Shown here: piece by piece, positions 51,757 to 64,000 of the stretch
Position numbering within the stretch: the stretch's first letter is position 1
Layout: each line of letters starts with the position of its first letter
NCBI RefSeq assembly: GCF_902459465.1
Contig: NC_047083.1
Coordinates: forward strand, 4,030,001 to 4,094,000
Direction: 5' to 3'
From: Asterias rubens
Lineage: Eukaryota
Length of the DNA: 64,000 nucleotides
Notes under the pieces: model-generated
Seen by the model: the letters and a program-made list of their open reading frames with translations, nothing else
Database searches by the model: none
Told to the model about the DNA's origin: nothing
Translations under genes and position numbers: made by a program

Positions 51757-52093
51757 TAGTCTTGGTTCCAAGACCATTGATGTTGCGCGGTCACACACAA
51801 CCAACGTTCCTATATCTATGCACGGCAAAAACTGTACACGCTTGTAATGAACGAACGCTAGCGGGCGCTGTTTCTCTGATTTAGATCTCGTGTCATTTGC
51901 ATAGTCTGGCCACGCCTTCAATTTGCAAATATCCAAGACCTTGGTGAGATCATGGTGAGAGATCCGGATATCAGAGAAACAGAGCGCCCGCTAGCGTTCG
52001 TTCATTACAAGCGTGTACAGTTTTTGCCGTGCATAGATCGGAACGTTGGTTGTGTGTGACCGCGCAACACCAATGGTCTTGGAACCAAGACTA
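51757..52093. mobile_element. MULE-like fold-back MITE with 9-bp TSD, copy b only
   Basis: ~115-bp TIRs starting tagtcttggttccaagacc; GGGGATGCG at 51748-51756 and 52094-52102; single copy in the paralogue at 18649-18657. Confidence 0.88.
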
Positions 52094-53933
52094 GGGGATG
52101 CGACTTTTTGAAACTTAATTAATCTGACCTAAAAATTTGGACAGAAAGTTTTGCTTCCTCAAACCAGAAAGACAGTAAATACAACAAGTTAAAAGGTTTT
52201 TTTTTTCATTGCTCATTTTTATTTAGGCTACTTGGTTACTGAGACGATGTAAAGTACACCTAAGAAAACTCTACAAAGTTTCAAAAAGATTCAGTCCACT
52301 TTAGTTATCTTCAGTATCACTTTTTTTATAGAAAAACTCAAAGTTGTGAAATCTTTTGAACCTTGTAAAGTAGGCACTACTTAAATCTTGAACAAAACAG
52401 TTTAGAAGCTGTGGAAGACAAAGTTACTATAGGCATGCGGAGGATTTGTGTTTTGAGTTTTGAGTTTTGAGTGTTTTGAGTATTATTTTGAGTAATTACC
52501 AATAGTGTCCACTGCCTTTAAACCGCTTATCTCGAGTGTTCTACAATACAACTAGCGTCTTTTAGTTATGATTGTTATTATAATCAAATCAACCGATTTC
52601 CAGTAATAATCTATTTAAAACCCATGATACTTGTCTGATGAATCACTATACTCTTTTTCAGGGCCCAGGATTACCAACCAAAGTTCCACGTGATTTTCAT
52701 GATAAGAAAACAACAGCTGAATGCCAGTCAACAAAGCAAAATGCAACAAATTGATTAAAAGATTGGCTTGGTAGTCTTGTTTTTATCAAGGAAGAAATTT
52801 CATGCTAAGCAAATTTCTGTGCTTACAGACAGGCTTTATGAAATTGGGACCAGATCAGAACTGACAGGGGATTTTTCCTCAGATTCTGGGTCAGTTTGAC
52901 CCATTTCTGGGTCACTTTGATACAAACTACGGGTAAAACTGACCCGAACATGACCTAAAGGGACCCGGATTTCAGTTTGTGGATCAATTCCACTACTGTG
53001 TGCAGAGGAGGGTTTAGACAGTTTTTAAAATAAATGTAATATTTATTCGTGGAAGAGAAATTAAAGAACCCATAATGGTCACCACCATTGCTTAATTTAA
53101 TTACTTAATCGAGATACAATAATAATTGTAAGCAATATCTTGTCCAAAGTATACACGTTTAGAGTTAATTATCACTAGATCAAGATCCGCGGTTTAGGTG
53201 GATTGTTCACGGATGTTATGCTTAAGTATTTTATATTTGTATCAATTCAAAACTGTAAGATGGTGTGTACATAATATACTCATTTTAAAGAGTTTAAACA
53301 CATGTCGTACCAACTTTTTAAATGAACGTGTTTATCATGATTTTGACACCTGCTCAAAATGGTTTGTACAAACACATACAATAAACTAATGGGTACAAAA
53401 CTTAAGCAAAGGAAACCTCTTTAGTAATTGTCGAAGACGAGTATTCTCTAAAATTAACTACAAACCTGTGGAAATTTGAGCTCAATTGGTCGTTGAAGTT
53501 GTGAGAAGACGAATGAAGAAAAAAACACAATATTGTCGCAAAGGTTGTGTGCTTTCAAATGCCTGAATTTGAGACCTCAGTCGAGATCTCGAATACGAAT
53601 CAATTCAACCTCTTTCTCAAAAACTACGTGACTTCAGAGGGAGCCGGTTCTCACAATGTTTTATACCATGATCAACAGCTGCTCTCCATTGCTCGTAACC
53701 AAGTAAGTTTTTATGCTAACAATTATTTTGAGTAATTACCAACAGTGTTCACTGCTTTTACGCTTATACAAATATGTTGACAATCTGTTTTCAGAGTGTA
53801 AGTATAGGCCTGTACGTATTCTTTCGATAGCTAGTGATAATTAAAACGTCATCCGTCGTGAGGGAAAAACACTGGTTATTATTATTATTTTTTATTAATG
53901 TTATTATTAGTATAATAATTGTTTTTATTATGT

Positions 53934-56900
53934 TTAGATGTCGAGGCATCCAAGGCTCAAGTTCGCAACGTCGATAAACGCGACCCGACCGACAAGACCG
54001 AAGCATGCGTGAAAGTTATTACCACTTATGCTGATGTCTGAAATTTTCAGACATGCGGTCACGAATGTTGCAACACCATAGCACACGTATGGCGGATTCA
54101 CAGCTAGTAGAGTAAAACAAAAAGGGAAACAAAATTAATTTAAAACACTGGGAGTTTTTGAACGCTAGGTGGCAGCAAACTTACCAGGTGAATTCCCTAT
54201 AACGCGTGCGATTAGCTTCCCCCAGTGTACCGGGGTTTACACTCGTGATAGCCACCGAGACCCCGCTCGTGAGCTGGGTATGTGGTAGTCTTGGCCCAAT
54301 ACGTAAGTGCTCCATATTGGATAGTGTACTACGCTCCTAAGCTGGGTCTGTGGTAGACTGGTCCCAAGACAGATACTTGCTTTTCAAAACAAGCAATTTT
54401 GTTGGACACAATTATTTCATTGGACACGTAAGCATTCTGTATCTGTGTTTTGATTGGTCGGAGGTGTGACGTTTGACAGCTGCACTGACAGTCGTCTCGC
54501 ATATGAATGTAGGTGAAATGTGAAGATGGACGAGGATTGACCTATAGGCTAGAGGCCACTCTCACGAGCCTCGAAGTGTGACGTCAGAGGTCAGGCTAGG
54601 TCTGGAGTGCAGTTTCGACCCCAACCAAATCCCAACCGAGTCAACAAGTCGGTTACCGGTTGGTCTGCTGAACAGCATCGTCACCGCGTCTCAACCGAGA
54701 CGCGAAAACGCTCAACCGATGACCAATGTTTCCGGTTGGGGTCGTCAAAACGCACTCATGTGGTGACTGACATCGGGAGAGAAACGAGTATCACGTGTAA
54801 GCTAATCGAGCGCAAGGTCACATACGCAGTTTTGAGCATGCGCATATTACCGATAATAATGGTAAGTCTGCTGCCACCTAGTGTCCCAAAAAGTCCAATT
54901 GGAAATGAAAATAACGTGTAAACTCAATGGGGGACTTTAGAAAGCTGAGGGTGAAGGTCTGGTTATGCGCACATTACAGAGCACCATGTATTAAATGGAC
55001 ACGTTGTCTTGGGTCGGACGAGTTGGTCTATAAAAAGCGTTTGCAACCGTTTGTTATAAAATGCATTATTATGGGTAGGAAGATGTTGTAATAGATAACT
55101 ATCCCCACAAACACGCCTCGAAATTGCGTGGTTTTCCTTTTACTTTGCGAACTAACACGGTCGGCCATTTGATGGGTGTCCAAACGGCCGACCGTGCTAG
55201 TTGATGAGGTTAAAGGAAAATCGTACAATTTCGAGGCGTGTTTGTGTGGATCATTATATTCTACTTTTACAACATCCTCCTACCCAGATGCATTTTATAG
55301 CAAACGGTTGCAAACGCTTTTCAAAGACCAACTCGACCAATTCAAGGCAACGTGTTCCTTTAAAGTGGTAAGTCTTCTGCCACCTAGCGTCACTGCACGC
55401 TGACATTAGTTCCTTTTCGAAGGGAAGATGTTAGGCGAAGCTAGAAAGATGCTAGGCGGAGCTAGAAAGATGTTAGGCGGAGCTAAGATATGTTAGGCAG
55501 AGTTAGAAGGACAGATGTTAGGCGGAGCTAAAAAGATACTAGGCGGAGCTAAGATATGTTAGGCGGAGCTAGAAAGATGCTAGGCGGAGTTAGGAACATA
55601 TTTTAGGCAGAGCTAAAATGATACAGATGTTCTAAAAGCTAAAAGGATAGATAAGTTGAGCTAGAAGGATAGATGCCAGATTTTATTGTTTTTTATTAAG
55701 GGTCAATAATGGGGCAAACAAGACAAGATTCTTGGCTTACCCGACACCTCCTGGTTGACGATGGTGTCCCCGTTGACTTTCAGGGTGATTTGAACGCCGT
55801 AGTTCTCCGGGATGTAGTCCACAATCAGCTCAGCTGAAAAACAAAATAATATTAGAAAAATTTATTTAACCTCCAAGCAGATCCTTGCCATTTGATTGGA
55901 GGATTGTCCGTCACGTGATAGCAAATAAAAGTACCATTGCACGCTGAGTCACTCACCGTGCTTTTTCGTTCCATCCGAAAAGTACCATTGCACGCTGCTG
56001 CCAGCGTGCAACGAAAAAGCTGAGTAAAAACATCACTGCGTGCGCGTGTCTTTGGTAACGCAGCAGGTGTTACTGCAAGAAGGCATAGTAAAATTACTAG
56101 CATTCGGCTTCTACAGTTGAAATTGTTTGTTTTGAAAGTTGTATCTTTCAATCAAAATGACAAAGATCTACTTGGATGTTATATAAAACAAATAATGAAT
56201 GTTTTTCATTCGTGCAATGGTGCGAATAATATGTTCATTCGTTGAAAACTGAAATGTTCTATTCAACTCGGCTCCGCCTCGTTGAATAGAACATTCCATC
56301 TTTCAACTCATAAACATATTCGCACCATTGCACTCATAAACATTCATTATGTGTATAATATCGCCGTACTAGTGCGTTATATCGCCGTAATCGCCGTATT
56401 TTATTGCGTTATATCGCCGTATTTTATTGCGTTATATCGCCGTATTTTATTGCATTATATCGCCGTACTATTGCGTTATATCGCCGTACTATTGCGTTAT
56501 ATCGCCGTACTAGTGCGTTATATCGCCGTATTTTTTGCGTTATATCGCCGTACTATTTATTGCGTTATAATCGCCGTTTTTTATTGTGATATCAACATTC
56601 TACGGGGCAAAGACACAAGGCACGACGTCCGAGGTCCAAGTTTCTTTTCAGGTGAGTTGAGACCTTGTTTTAATTACTTATTTTCTAATTAGGGCACATT
56701 AACTGTGAATTGTACTCGTTTATTGCTGATTCGAGCAGTCCCAACATTATCATAGTACGGCGATATAACGCAATAAAATACGGCGATATAACGCAATAAA
56801 ATACGGCGATATAACGCAATAATACGGCGATATAACGCACTAGTACGGCGATATAACGCAATAGTATGGCGATATATCGCCGTAAAATAAAACAAGAGTT

Positions 56901-59900
56901 CTCTAGGAATTGGCCACCGTACAAAAATAATAGCTGAACAGAACGCGCATTGTAACTGTTGAATCCAACAGGCCGACCTAAAGAGAAACGGGTGTAATTT
57001 CACAATTAAAATTTGTAGTATCTTCCAATCAAAATGACAAAGATCTACTTGGATGTTATATAAAACAAATAACGAATGTTTTTCATTCGTGCAATGATGC
57101 AAATTATGTTCATTCGTTGAAAGTTGGAATGTTCCATTCAACTCGGCTCCGCCTCGTTGAATTGAAATATTCCATCTTTCAACGCATGAACGTATTCGCA
57201 CCATTGCACTCACAAACATTCATTTTGTGTATAATAATACTTTACTGAAAATTTAAAAATTAAACGGTGTTGGTGTTTATCACCCTCCCCTCTATAGACT
57301 TGATTCAAGTCTTAGATCGCGGTTATTCTTCTGCATCTCAGCCACGAAAACGCCCCCCCCCCCTCCTTCACTGACTCCCAGCATTTCGATAATACCCAAT
57401 GGTCAACTTAGCACACATGGCGTGATATAGAGCGCCAATGTATCATTAAGCGCAGTAATTAGATTGGGTATAACTAATTGTTGACACACTTCTTGAATGT
57501 GCATATCAAGTCAGACTCTGATGAAGTTTTTGGGAGCATTCCATGGTCTGGAGAGCAAAAATGAAAAAAAAGTGCGACTTGCAGACTTGCGAATCTTTGA
57601 CGGGGTTTGGTTCCGTGATACAAGTATAGTGTCTCTACAACGCATCTTTGGGTGCGTTCGTTTAGCTCCTCTTGGTCGACCCCGGTGCGTGGCGTGTTTT
57701 TTTTACCAGGACGAACGTGGGTAATTATCTGCATACACTCGTCCTGGGAAAAAAACCCGCCACACACCGGGGTCGACTCAGGGAAGCTAAACGAACGCAC
57801 CCATTGTTTCAGACTTGTTCTTCCTTCCTGATCATGCTTCAGCTCAAGTCTTTTATTATTTGAATGAGAAATGACCTCTATCTGAAATACGTTACTTCAG
57901 AGGGAGCCATTTCTCACAATGTTTTGTACTATCAACAGCTGTCCACTGCTCGTTACCAAGTTAGTTTTGCTACTAAAAATTATTGTGAAAAAAATTACCA
58001 ATAGTATCCGTATGCCTATAATCAATCAGTATAATTTGAATCCATTTTTTATTTCAGTCACTCTAATGGCATCGATCTGAGTGCTGCACTGCATAACAAA
58101 TCATAGTAAGGGGCATGTACTAATAAATTCAATTAAAACAAATCAGCAGACTATTACCATTGACATCGAAAGTATATGACCAAAACCCTAGGTCTACTGG
58201 AACGGAAATGGATCCTGTGCAGGTCCCGACATCTCCTGACACCGAACACTGTCCGTCGGCAGAGACTGCTGGCTTATCTGGATTTGCAGAATAGACACAA
58301 ATAAATATTAAGGAATGAACAATAATAATAATTAATAATAATAATAATTGTGGCTTCTTATATAGCGCACATGTCCGTCACTTAGTGACGCTCCTGCCGT
58401 CGATTTCACAAAACTCTTCCTAACTTAAGACTAATCTTAGGACTTAAGACGAGTCCCAACCCTGCACTGTAACATGTAGACCTTAAGATTAATCCTAAGT
58501 TAGGAAGAGTTACTCGTCCTAACTCGAGATAAGACGAGTACTACCTCTTTGTGAAATCGACGGCGGGCGCTGATCAGTATTTCCTGCAAGATGTGGGACT
58601 ACGTTTGAACTATGAGACCTAATTCTGACAGCACCATGTAATATTTGTACAAGGTGCTGTGGGCGCACCTTGTGCCGATCGGACAAGGAACACCGGGGCG
58701 AACTCCTTCTTTTTTCGATAAGTGCACTTGGTTATTTTACATTCGTTACATAACACATGAGACCAACGGCTTAACGTCCCATCCGAAGGACGAAGCAATG
58801 GTTAAGTGTCTTGCTTAAGGACACAAGTGTCATGGCTGGGGATTCGAACCAACACTCTGCTGATCAGAAACACAAGAGTTTGCACTCGGTGCTCTTAACC
58901 GTTCGTCCACGACACTTCCACGTTACAGAATTGGTAAGAATCAAAAATCGTGAAGATCACAAGTTAACATAAAACTTACATGGTCTAATGATGATTATAG
59001 TAGAAAAACATCTCATGGAATATTATTGTCTTAAATGTGTTGAGAAATAAATAATCTTATTTCCTGTTTTCGATTTTTATCGCTCAGCGAGCGTTGTACT
59101 AATTTTTCTTTTTGCATCGATGTCATGCAAAAATAGGAATCGGCTTTTCACTATTTTCTCGGGACCCAGATTGCCGATCGATCTCAAACTTCTACAGGTG
59201 TGTCAATTTATATATTTGGTGGATTACAAAGAGTGCTTACAAAAATATAGTAAAAAAACGATTGACACAAAAACAACAAATCACACGCTCACTGTGAGAT
59301 AAACTCCAAACGCGAGATTAGATTATTTATTTCACATGATTAGGACATTTCAGACGGATATATTTCAAAGGATATTTTCAAATATTAGGTCTATCATCAT
59401 CATTAGGTTTTTGCTTCTTAGCAATTCTGCAACGTTCCTAAACGAAATAAATAAGTAAATTGCTTCTTAGCAATTCTGCAACGTTCCTAAACGAAATAAC
59501 TAAGTCAATTATGAACGGAGAGACTGTTTAATTTGGACTTGATTGTCTAAACAAAATTAACTCTTTTGAGTACTCGAATTGAGTACAAACATCAAAAGAC
59601 AAATGCAGTGAATAAACAAAAAATTAATAATTTAGGTATAGGACGAATGTTCAATTTGGGACTTGATTGGCTAAACATAATAAACTAATCACAATTTAAA
59701 ACAACAATTAAAATTGAGAACAAACATCAACACGACAGTAAAAAAAAAATACAAAACAGTAGTTAATTAAAGTAGATTATGAACTACAGAAGTATGCAGT
59801 TGGCTTTATACTTCGATTCCAGTTTTTCTGGAAACTTCGGAGATCATTACATGCTTTACGGTAAAAAAAAACCAAACAAAAAAAAGGGAAAATAAGTTAC

Positions 59901-61242
59901 TTTGCGATGTTGCCAAAGATACAAAATTGTTATACAATTCAAAAAGGAGATTGCACTGAAACATTTCAAAATCACCCAAAAGAAACCATTTAAACACAAC
60001 CAAATCCAGATTATTGAAGAACAATGAAACACCGTATTAATAGGAGGAAGGGACAGCAAGTTAAAAACAACAACCATAGAATGGACTAAAACCATCAAAC
60101 ACCCAAACTAAACTGGTACAGAGAGCAACTTTTCAAACAATGAAGAAACAAAATGAAATTCAGCAAAGCTCACGACTTGCCATTTTTCGTTCAAGTAGGT
60201 CTTTAGACAGAAAGAAAGAAATATACACCAATGACGTCACTTACACAAAATAGCATCCGAGCTCAAACCGTACATGCTGGCCTTCTTCGCAACCGACACC
60301 ATCTTCAAGAAGAACTCCTTTTCCTCGGAAGTCATCTCCACTCTCTCGATGTCTTTGATCTACAAACAGTCAAAGTCATCCTCATCGTTAACAATCCCCG
60401 AACGTGAAACTTGTGTCCTTTAAGACATTGGACACCTTTGGTAACAGTCTTCTCGCTTAGTGAGTCTCAACATAATTAAATGCATAAATGACAAACTGTA
60501 AACATTTGAACTCAATTATTGGTCGTCGAAGATGCGAGATAATAATGGAAGAAAAAAATACCGTTGTCACGCAAAGTTATGTGCTTTCAGATGCTTGATT
60601 TCTGGTCTTCAAAATTTAATTCTGAGGTCTTTAAATAAAATTCAAACATTTTGGGTTTAGTGGAAATGATTCTTCAGAGGGAACCGTTTCTCATAATGTT
60701 TCATACTATCAACAGCTCTCCATTGTTCGTTAACCGAGTCAGTGTTTAAATTGTTAATTATTTTGAGTAATTACCAATAGTGTCCATGGGTCGATTTCAC
60801 AAAGAGTTAGAAAGAGATATAAAAAAACGTATGGCTAGTCTTAAGTTAGGACAGTAACTCGAGTAACTCGTCCTAACTCGAGATAAGAAAAGTCTTAACT
60901 CTTTATGAAATCCATCCCAGAGCCCTTAGGACAAAATGGGGTGGGGGGGGGGGGGGGGGTAAAGCAAAGAGTATCAGGGCTGAATCATTTTAGCCAAATT
61001 TTCTGTCACAGGTAAGTTTGTTTGAGTGTAAATTCGTATGCAACAATCAAATGGTTCAAAAACCAAAGCAAGAATATTCACACCGAGTAGGATAGGGGCC
61101 AAATAATTTGGCACACATGTCTGAAACAATATTAGGCCCTGAATAAAATGAAAACAAAGTGACAAACCTGTACGGACTTGGCAGTCACAGCGACGGCACA
61201 CATGCCCAGCACGAAGGCAAACTTCAAGAACCCACTCATCAT
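53934..61242 (-). CDS. Secreted DUF4773-like pre-pro-protein, copy b, 190 aa: join(61168-61242, 60245-60359, 58158-58277, 55741-55833, 53934-54103)
   Basis: Same exon lengths, splice sites and open frame as copy a. Mature part: KPAVSADGQCSVSGDVGTCTGSISVPVDLGFWSYTFDVNA-ELIVDYIPENYGVQITLKVNGDTIVNQEVSA-VNPPYVCYGVATFVTACLKISDISISGNNFHACFGLVGRVAFIDVANLSLGCLDI. Confidence 0.85.
56356..56885. repeat. Inverted pair of ~21-bp minisatellite arrays (tgcgttatatcgccgta...) at 56356-56580 and 56752-56885
   Basis: A forward array, then its reverse complement after a ~170-bp spacer; absent from copy a. Confidence 0.88.
58327..58920 (-). mobile_element. Full-length tRNA-derived SINE with (ATT)n tail and a nested Harbinger-like MITE (58397-58565), followed by a Kolobok-like element (~58920-59500); copy b intron 2 only
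   Basis: Head gtcgtggacgaacggttaagagcaccg...ggttcgaatcccc on the minus strand; tail at 58322-58350; whole block absent near 24113 in copy a. Confidence 0.8.
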
Positions 61243-61344
61243 GATGGGATAAGAATCTTCTGAATCGAAGGTAGAACTCGAAAACTGATTTCAGTAACCA
61301 CTTTGGTCAAGTTGATGTATGATTTGTCAGCGTGGACGGTGCCC

Positions 61345-61350
61345 TTTATA
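61345..61350 (-). promoter_or_regulatory. TATA box of DUF4773-like copy b
   Basis: Same position and context as 25694-25699. Confidence 0.65.
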
Positions 61351-63407
61351 AAGGCTTGATGTATCGAGGGTGAGGGTATGGGTTTGCTTGGTAACTTCCT
61401 GGTATTTGGTTTGTTCTTATGTTTGTTTGTTTTTTGGTTTGTTTTTTTCATTTCTGTTTATTTAGAGGCAGCTAAGTGGTGGGAAGTGGTTTGATTTATT
61501 GTTTGTTTTTTGTTTTTTTGTTTTTTTTAAGGGCATTTTATGTACATTATACAATAAAAGAAATAAACCATAACCCGCATCTGATTTCATAGCCGGATCT
61601 TATACATATCATATTATTCATGATTTATTGCCCAAACGTGTTGCTATTTTATTAATTGTTTCTCATTAAAAAAAAGGATCCAGGGGTTGTTATTGTATTA
61701 ACAGCTTTTTATTTGATTTTGCTGAAAGTCGTCATGGCCCAATTTCATGGCACTGCTTCCCGCTGAATTCTATGCTTACGGTCACCATTCTCAGCTTGAA
61801 CTGCAAGCGACAAATTTCTACGCAAGACTCTTGATATTATTATGATAATATCGAAGTCTTAAAGACACTGGACACTATTGGTAATTGTCAAAGACCAGTC
61901 TTCTCACATTTTGTATCTCAACACAGGCACACAATAACAAATCTGTGAAAATTTGAGTTCAATTGATGGCCGAAGTTGCGATATAACTATCAAAGAAAAA
62001 AACACCCTTGTCACACGAAGTTGTGTGCTTTGATTTCGAGACCTCAAAATCTAATTCCGAGGTCTCGAAATCAAGTTTTGTGGTAAAATTACTTCCTTCT
62101 CGAAAACTAAATACGTCACTTCATATGGATCCGTTTCTCACAATGTATTTTACTATCAATCTCTCCCCATTACTCGCTACCAAGGTTTATGCTAATAATT
62201 ATTTTAAGTATTTTTGTACTAAATTAAGAGTAACACAACACACTCTTTACATTTCGAGTTGTCCGTTATATTGCTTTCTAAAAATAGTGGTGATTATTTA
62301 ACTCTGTTAAAGACAGTGGACACTATTGGTAATCGTCAAAGACCAGTCTTCTCAAGTTATCGTCAAATAGCTTTGACGTCATTCCAGGGGCTCACCTGGG
62401 TCAGCCCGCAGTGTCCTGCTTGTGGAGTGGGTCACTTGGGGGCTGGCCCTAGGTGCATGACGTCATAACGTTCGATTTGCTAAAGGCAGGGGCTCACCCG
62501 AGTGAGCACCGTGGGGTTGACCCAGGGAAGCTAATCGAACGCACCCAATATAAGAAAACATCAAAACAAAAGCGAATCCATATTACTGCAAAAACCACAC
62601 ACACAAAGCCCCATAACAACAATTTAAAAACCCAAAGCCAAACACGAATGGACTTTAACCCTATACAGCCAAAAATAAAACTGGGCTGGGCTGACAATAA
62701 TATACATGTTTTTTTTCCCCATTTTTTTTTCAAGCATACATTAAAAAACAACCAATTTGGGCCCAATTTCATAGAGCAGCTAAGCACACAAATTTGCTTA
62801 GCATGAAATTTCTTCCTCGATAAAAACAGGATTACCAACCAAAATTTACACGTGATTTTTAGGATAGGCAAACAACAGCTGAATACCAGTGACAAGAAAT
62901 ATGCAACAAATGGAAATTTTGTTGGTAATCCTGTCTTTATCAAGGAAGAAATTTTATGCTAAGCAAATTTTTGTGCTTAGCAGCTCTATGAAATTGGGCC
63001 CTGGTCTATTCAAACATCAGCATCAAATGACAAGCCTGTATGTACAAATTTTTGCTCAATTGGTCATCGAAGTTGCGAGAAAATGATGAAAGAAATAACA
63101 CTCATGTTGGACGAACTTGTATGCTTTGAGATAGGAATAAAATACTTTTGGCAAGTATGTCTTTCAATATTTCAGTGAGAAACTACCTCTTTCTCAAAAT
63201 CTATGCTACTTCAGAGGGAGCCGTTTATTACAATGTTTTATACTATTAACAGCTCTCCAATGCTCGTTACCAAGTAAGTTTTTAAGTTAATATTTGTTTT
63301 GAGTAATTACCAAACGTGTACCTTCCCTTTAAGCCAAATAGCATCTTTGACGTCACCCCATTTCACTTCAAACATTAGCCCCACAGTCAAACCCGACGTA
63401 CATGTGT

Positions 63408-63804
63408 AGCCTCTTTCACACTATAGTTATTTACCGGGAAATTCCCGGGAACTTGTTGTCAATATTTTTACACCTCACATAAACCCTGCTCAGGGGTAGG
63501 GTTAAATCCCTGAGTTAACCCGGGGGTAACACGTTGTTCCTGTGAAAAAGAAGCTAGTGTGAACACAAGCGGGTTTAACTCAACCCAACTTTTGAGTCCA
63601 CTGTGTTGAGACGCCCGCATTTTTTACCACATTTCCTGGGGGTTAAAAGTCAGTGTGAAACGACTGCGCATAATTATTCCTGAGAAAAAGTACTCCCGGG
63701 AGTTACCAAATTGGGTTGCTTGGATGGCGTCGGGGTTAAAAACTCCCGGGAGTTTCCCGTGGAGTTTATTGCCCGGGAAATGGCTCTGCAGTGTGAAAAC
63801 GGCT
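63408..63804. mobile_element. CCCGGG-rich MITE, complete here and truncated at 28424-28578 and ~30234-30390
   Basis: Imperfect TIR agcc(t)ctttcacact / agtgtgaaaacggct. Confidence 0.7.
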
Positions 63805-64000
63805 TTACCGTATAAAAACAAAGTTACCCGCAATGCACGTACAAATAAAATACTCACAGCTTCACGTTGCATGCAGACGACCGAAAGCGCGCAGCTAACG
63901 AACATAATGAGGACAAATCAAAACATTAATATGGAATGGCATTTTTGCTCAAGTAAAGTCAAGTCTCAGATCTTTTTTGCGCATGTCGAGTCAAGTCGCA

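Larger units (their letters stand above)
49994..63566 (+). repeat. Copy b of the direct segmental duplication (partner 16617-28578)
   Basis: Colinear with copy a; extra insertions at 51757-52093, ~56090-56885 and 58327-59755. Confidence 0.93.

Noticed and set aside
56282-57219. 136-aa and 176-aa ORFs with RYIAVLL repeats
   Set aside because: Translations of a 21-bp minisatellite whose period is a multiple of three.

Overview
AT-rich animal genomic DNA with GT-AG introns. The repeat content looks like a sea star or other echinoderm (inference from recalled repeat families). The ORF track misses most real genes because they are spliced. Hand-spliced models, left to right: (1) first four coding exons of a KIAA0930 orthologue (minus, 473-6510, continuing off the left edge); (2) a complete five-exon TMEM183 orthologue (minus, 9055-16021, ~400 aa); (3) a five-exon secreted pre-pro-protein with a DUF4773-like Cys domain (copy a, minus, 20449-25591, 190 aa); (4) an inverted, 5'-truncated second TMEM183 (plus, exons 2-5, 31597-37317); (5) a 678-bp fold-back whose right arm holds an intact BEL/Pao LTR retrotransposon with matching LTRs (40836-47976) and runs into a Merlin transposase with one nonsense codon (48306-49241); (6) a second copy of the secreted gene (copy b, minus, 53934-61242). 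The window is a complex segmental-duplication cluster: direct duplication ~16.6-28.6 kb vs ~50.0-63.6 kb, inverted duplication ~7.6-14.5 kb vs ~31.6-38.7 kb, and a 1810-bp tandem duplication. MITEs (Kolobok, Harbinger-like, MULE-like, ISL2EU-like, P-like), SINEs, LINE ends and a solo LTR are dense throughout. The strongest signal is that the two secreted paralogues differ at 23 residues in the mature domain (last exon 13.5% nucleotide divergence) while the adjacent intron differs by ~1.6% and the signal/pro exons by ~1%. The BEL element also shows tRNA-Tyr homology extending well past a normal PBS and sits in a target matching its own PPT. All alignments and counts were done by eye; uncollapsed haplotypes or assembly error cannot be excluded without reads.
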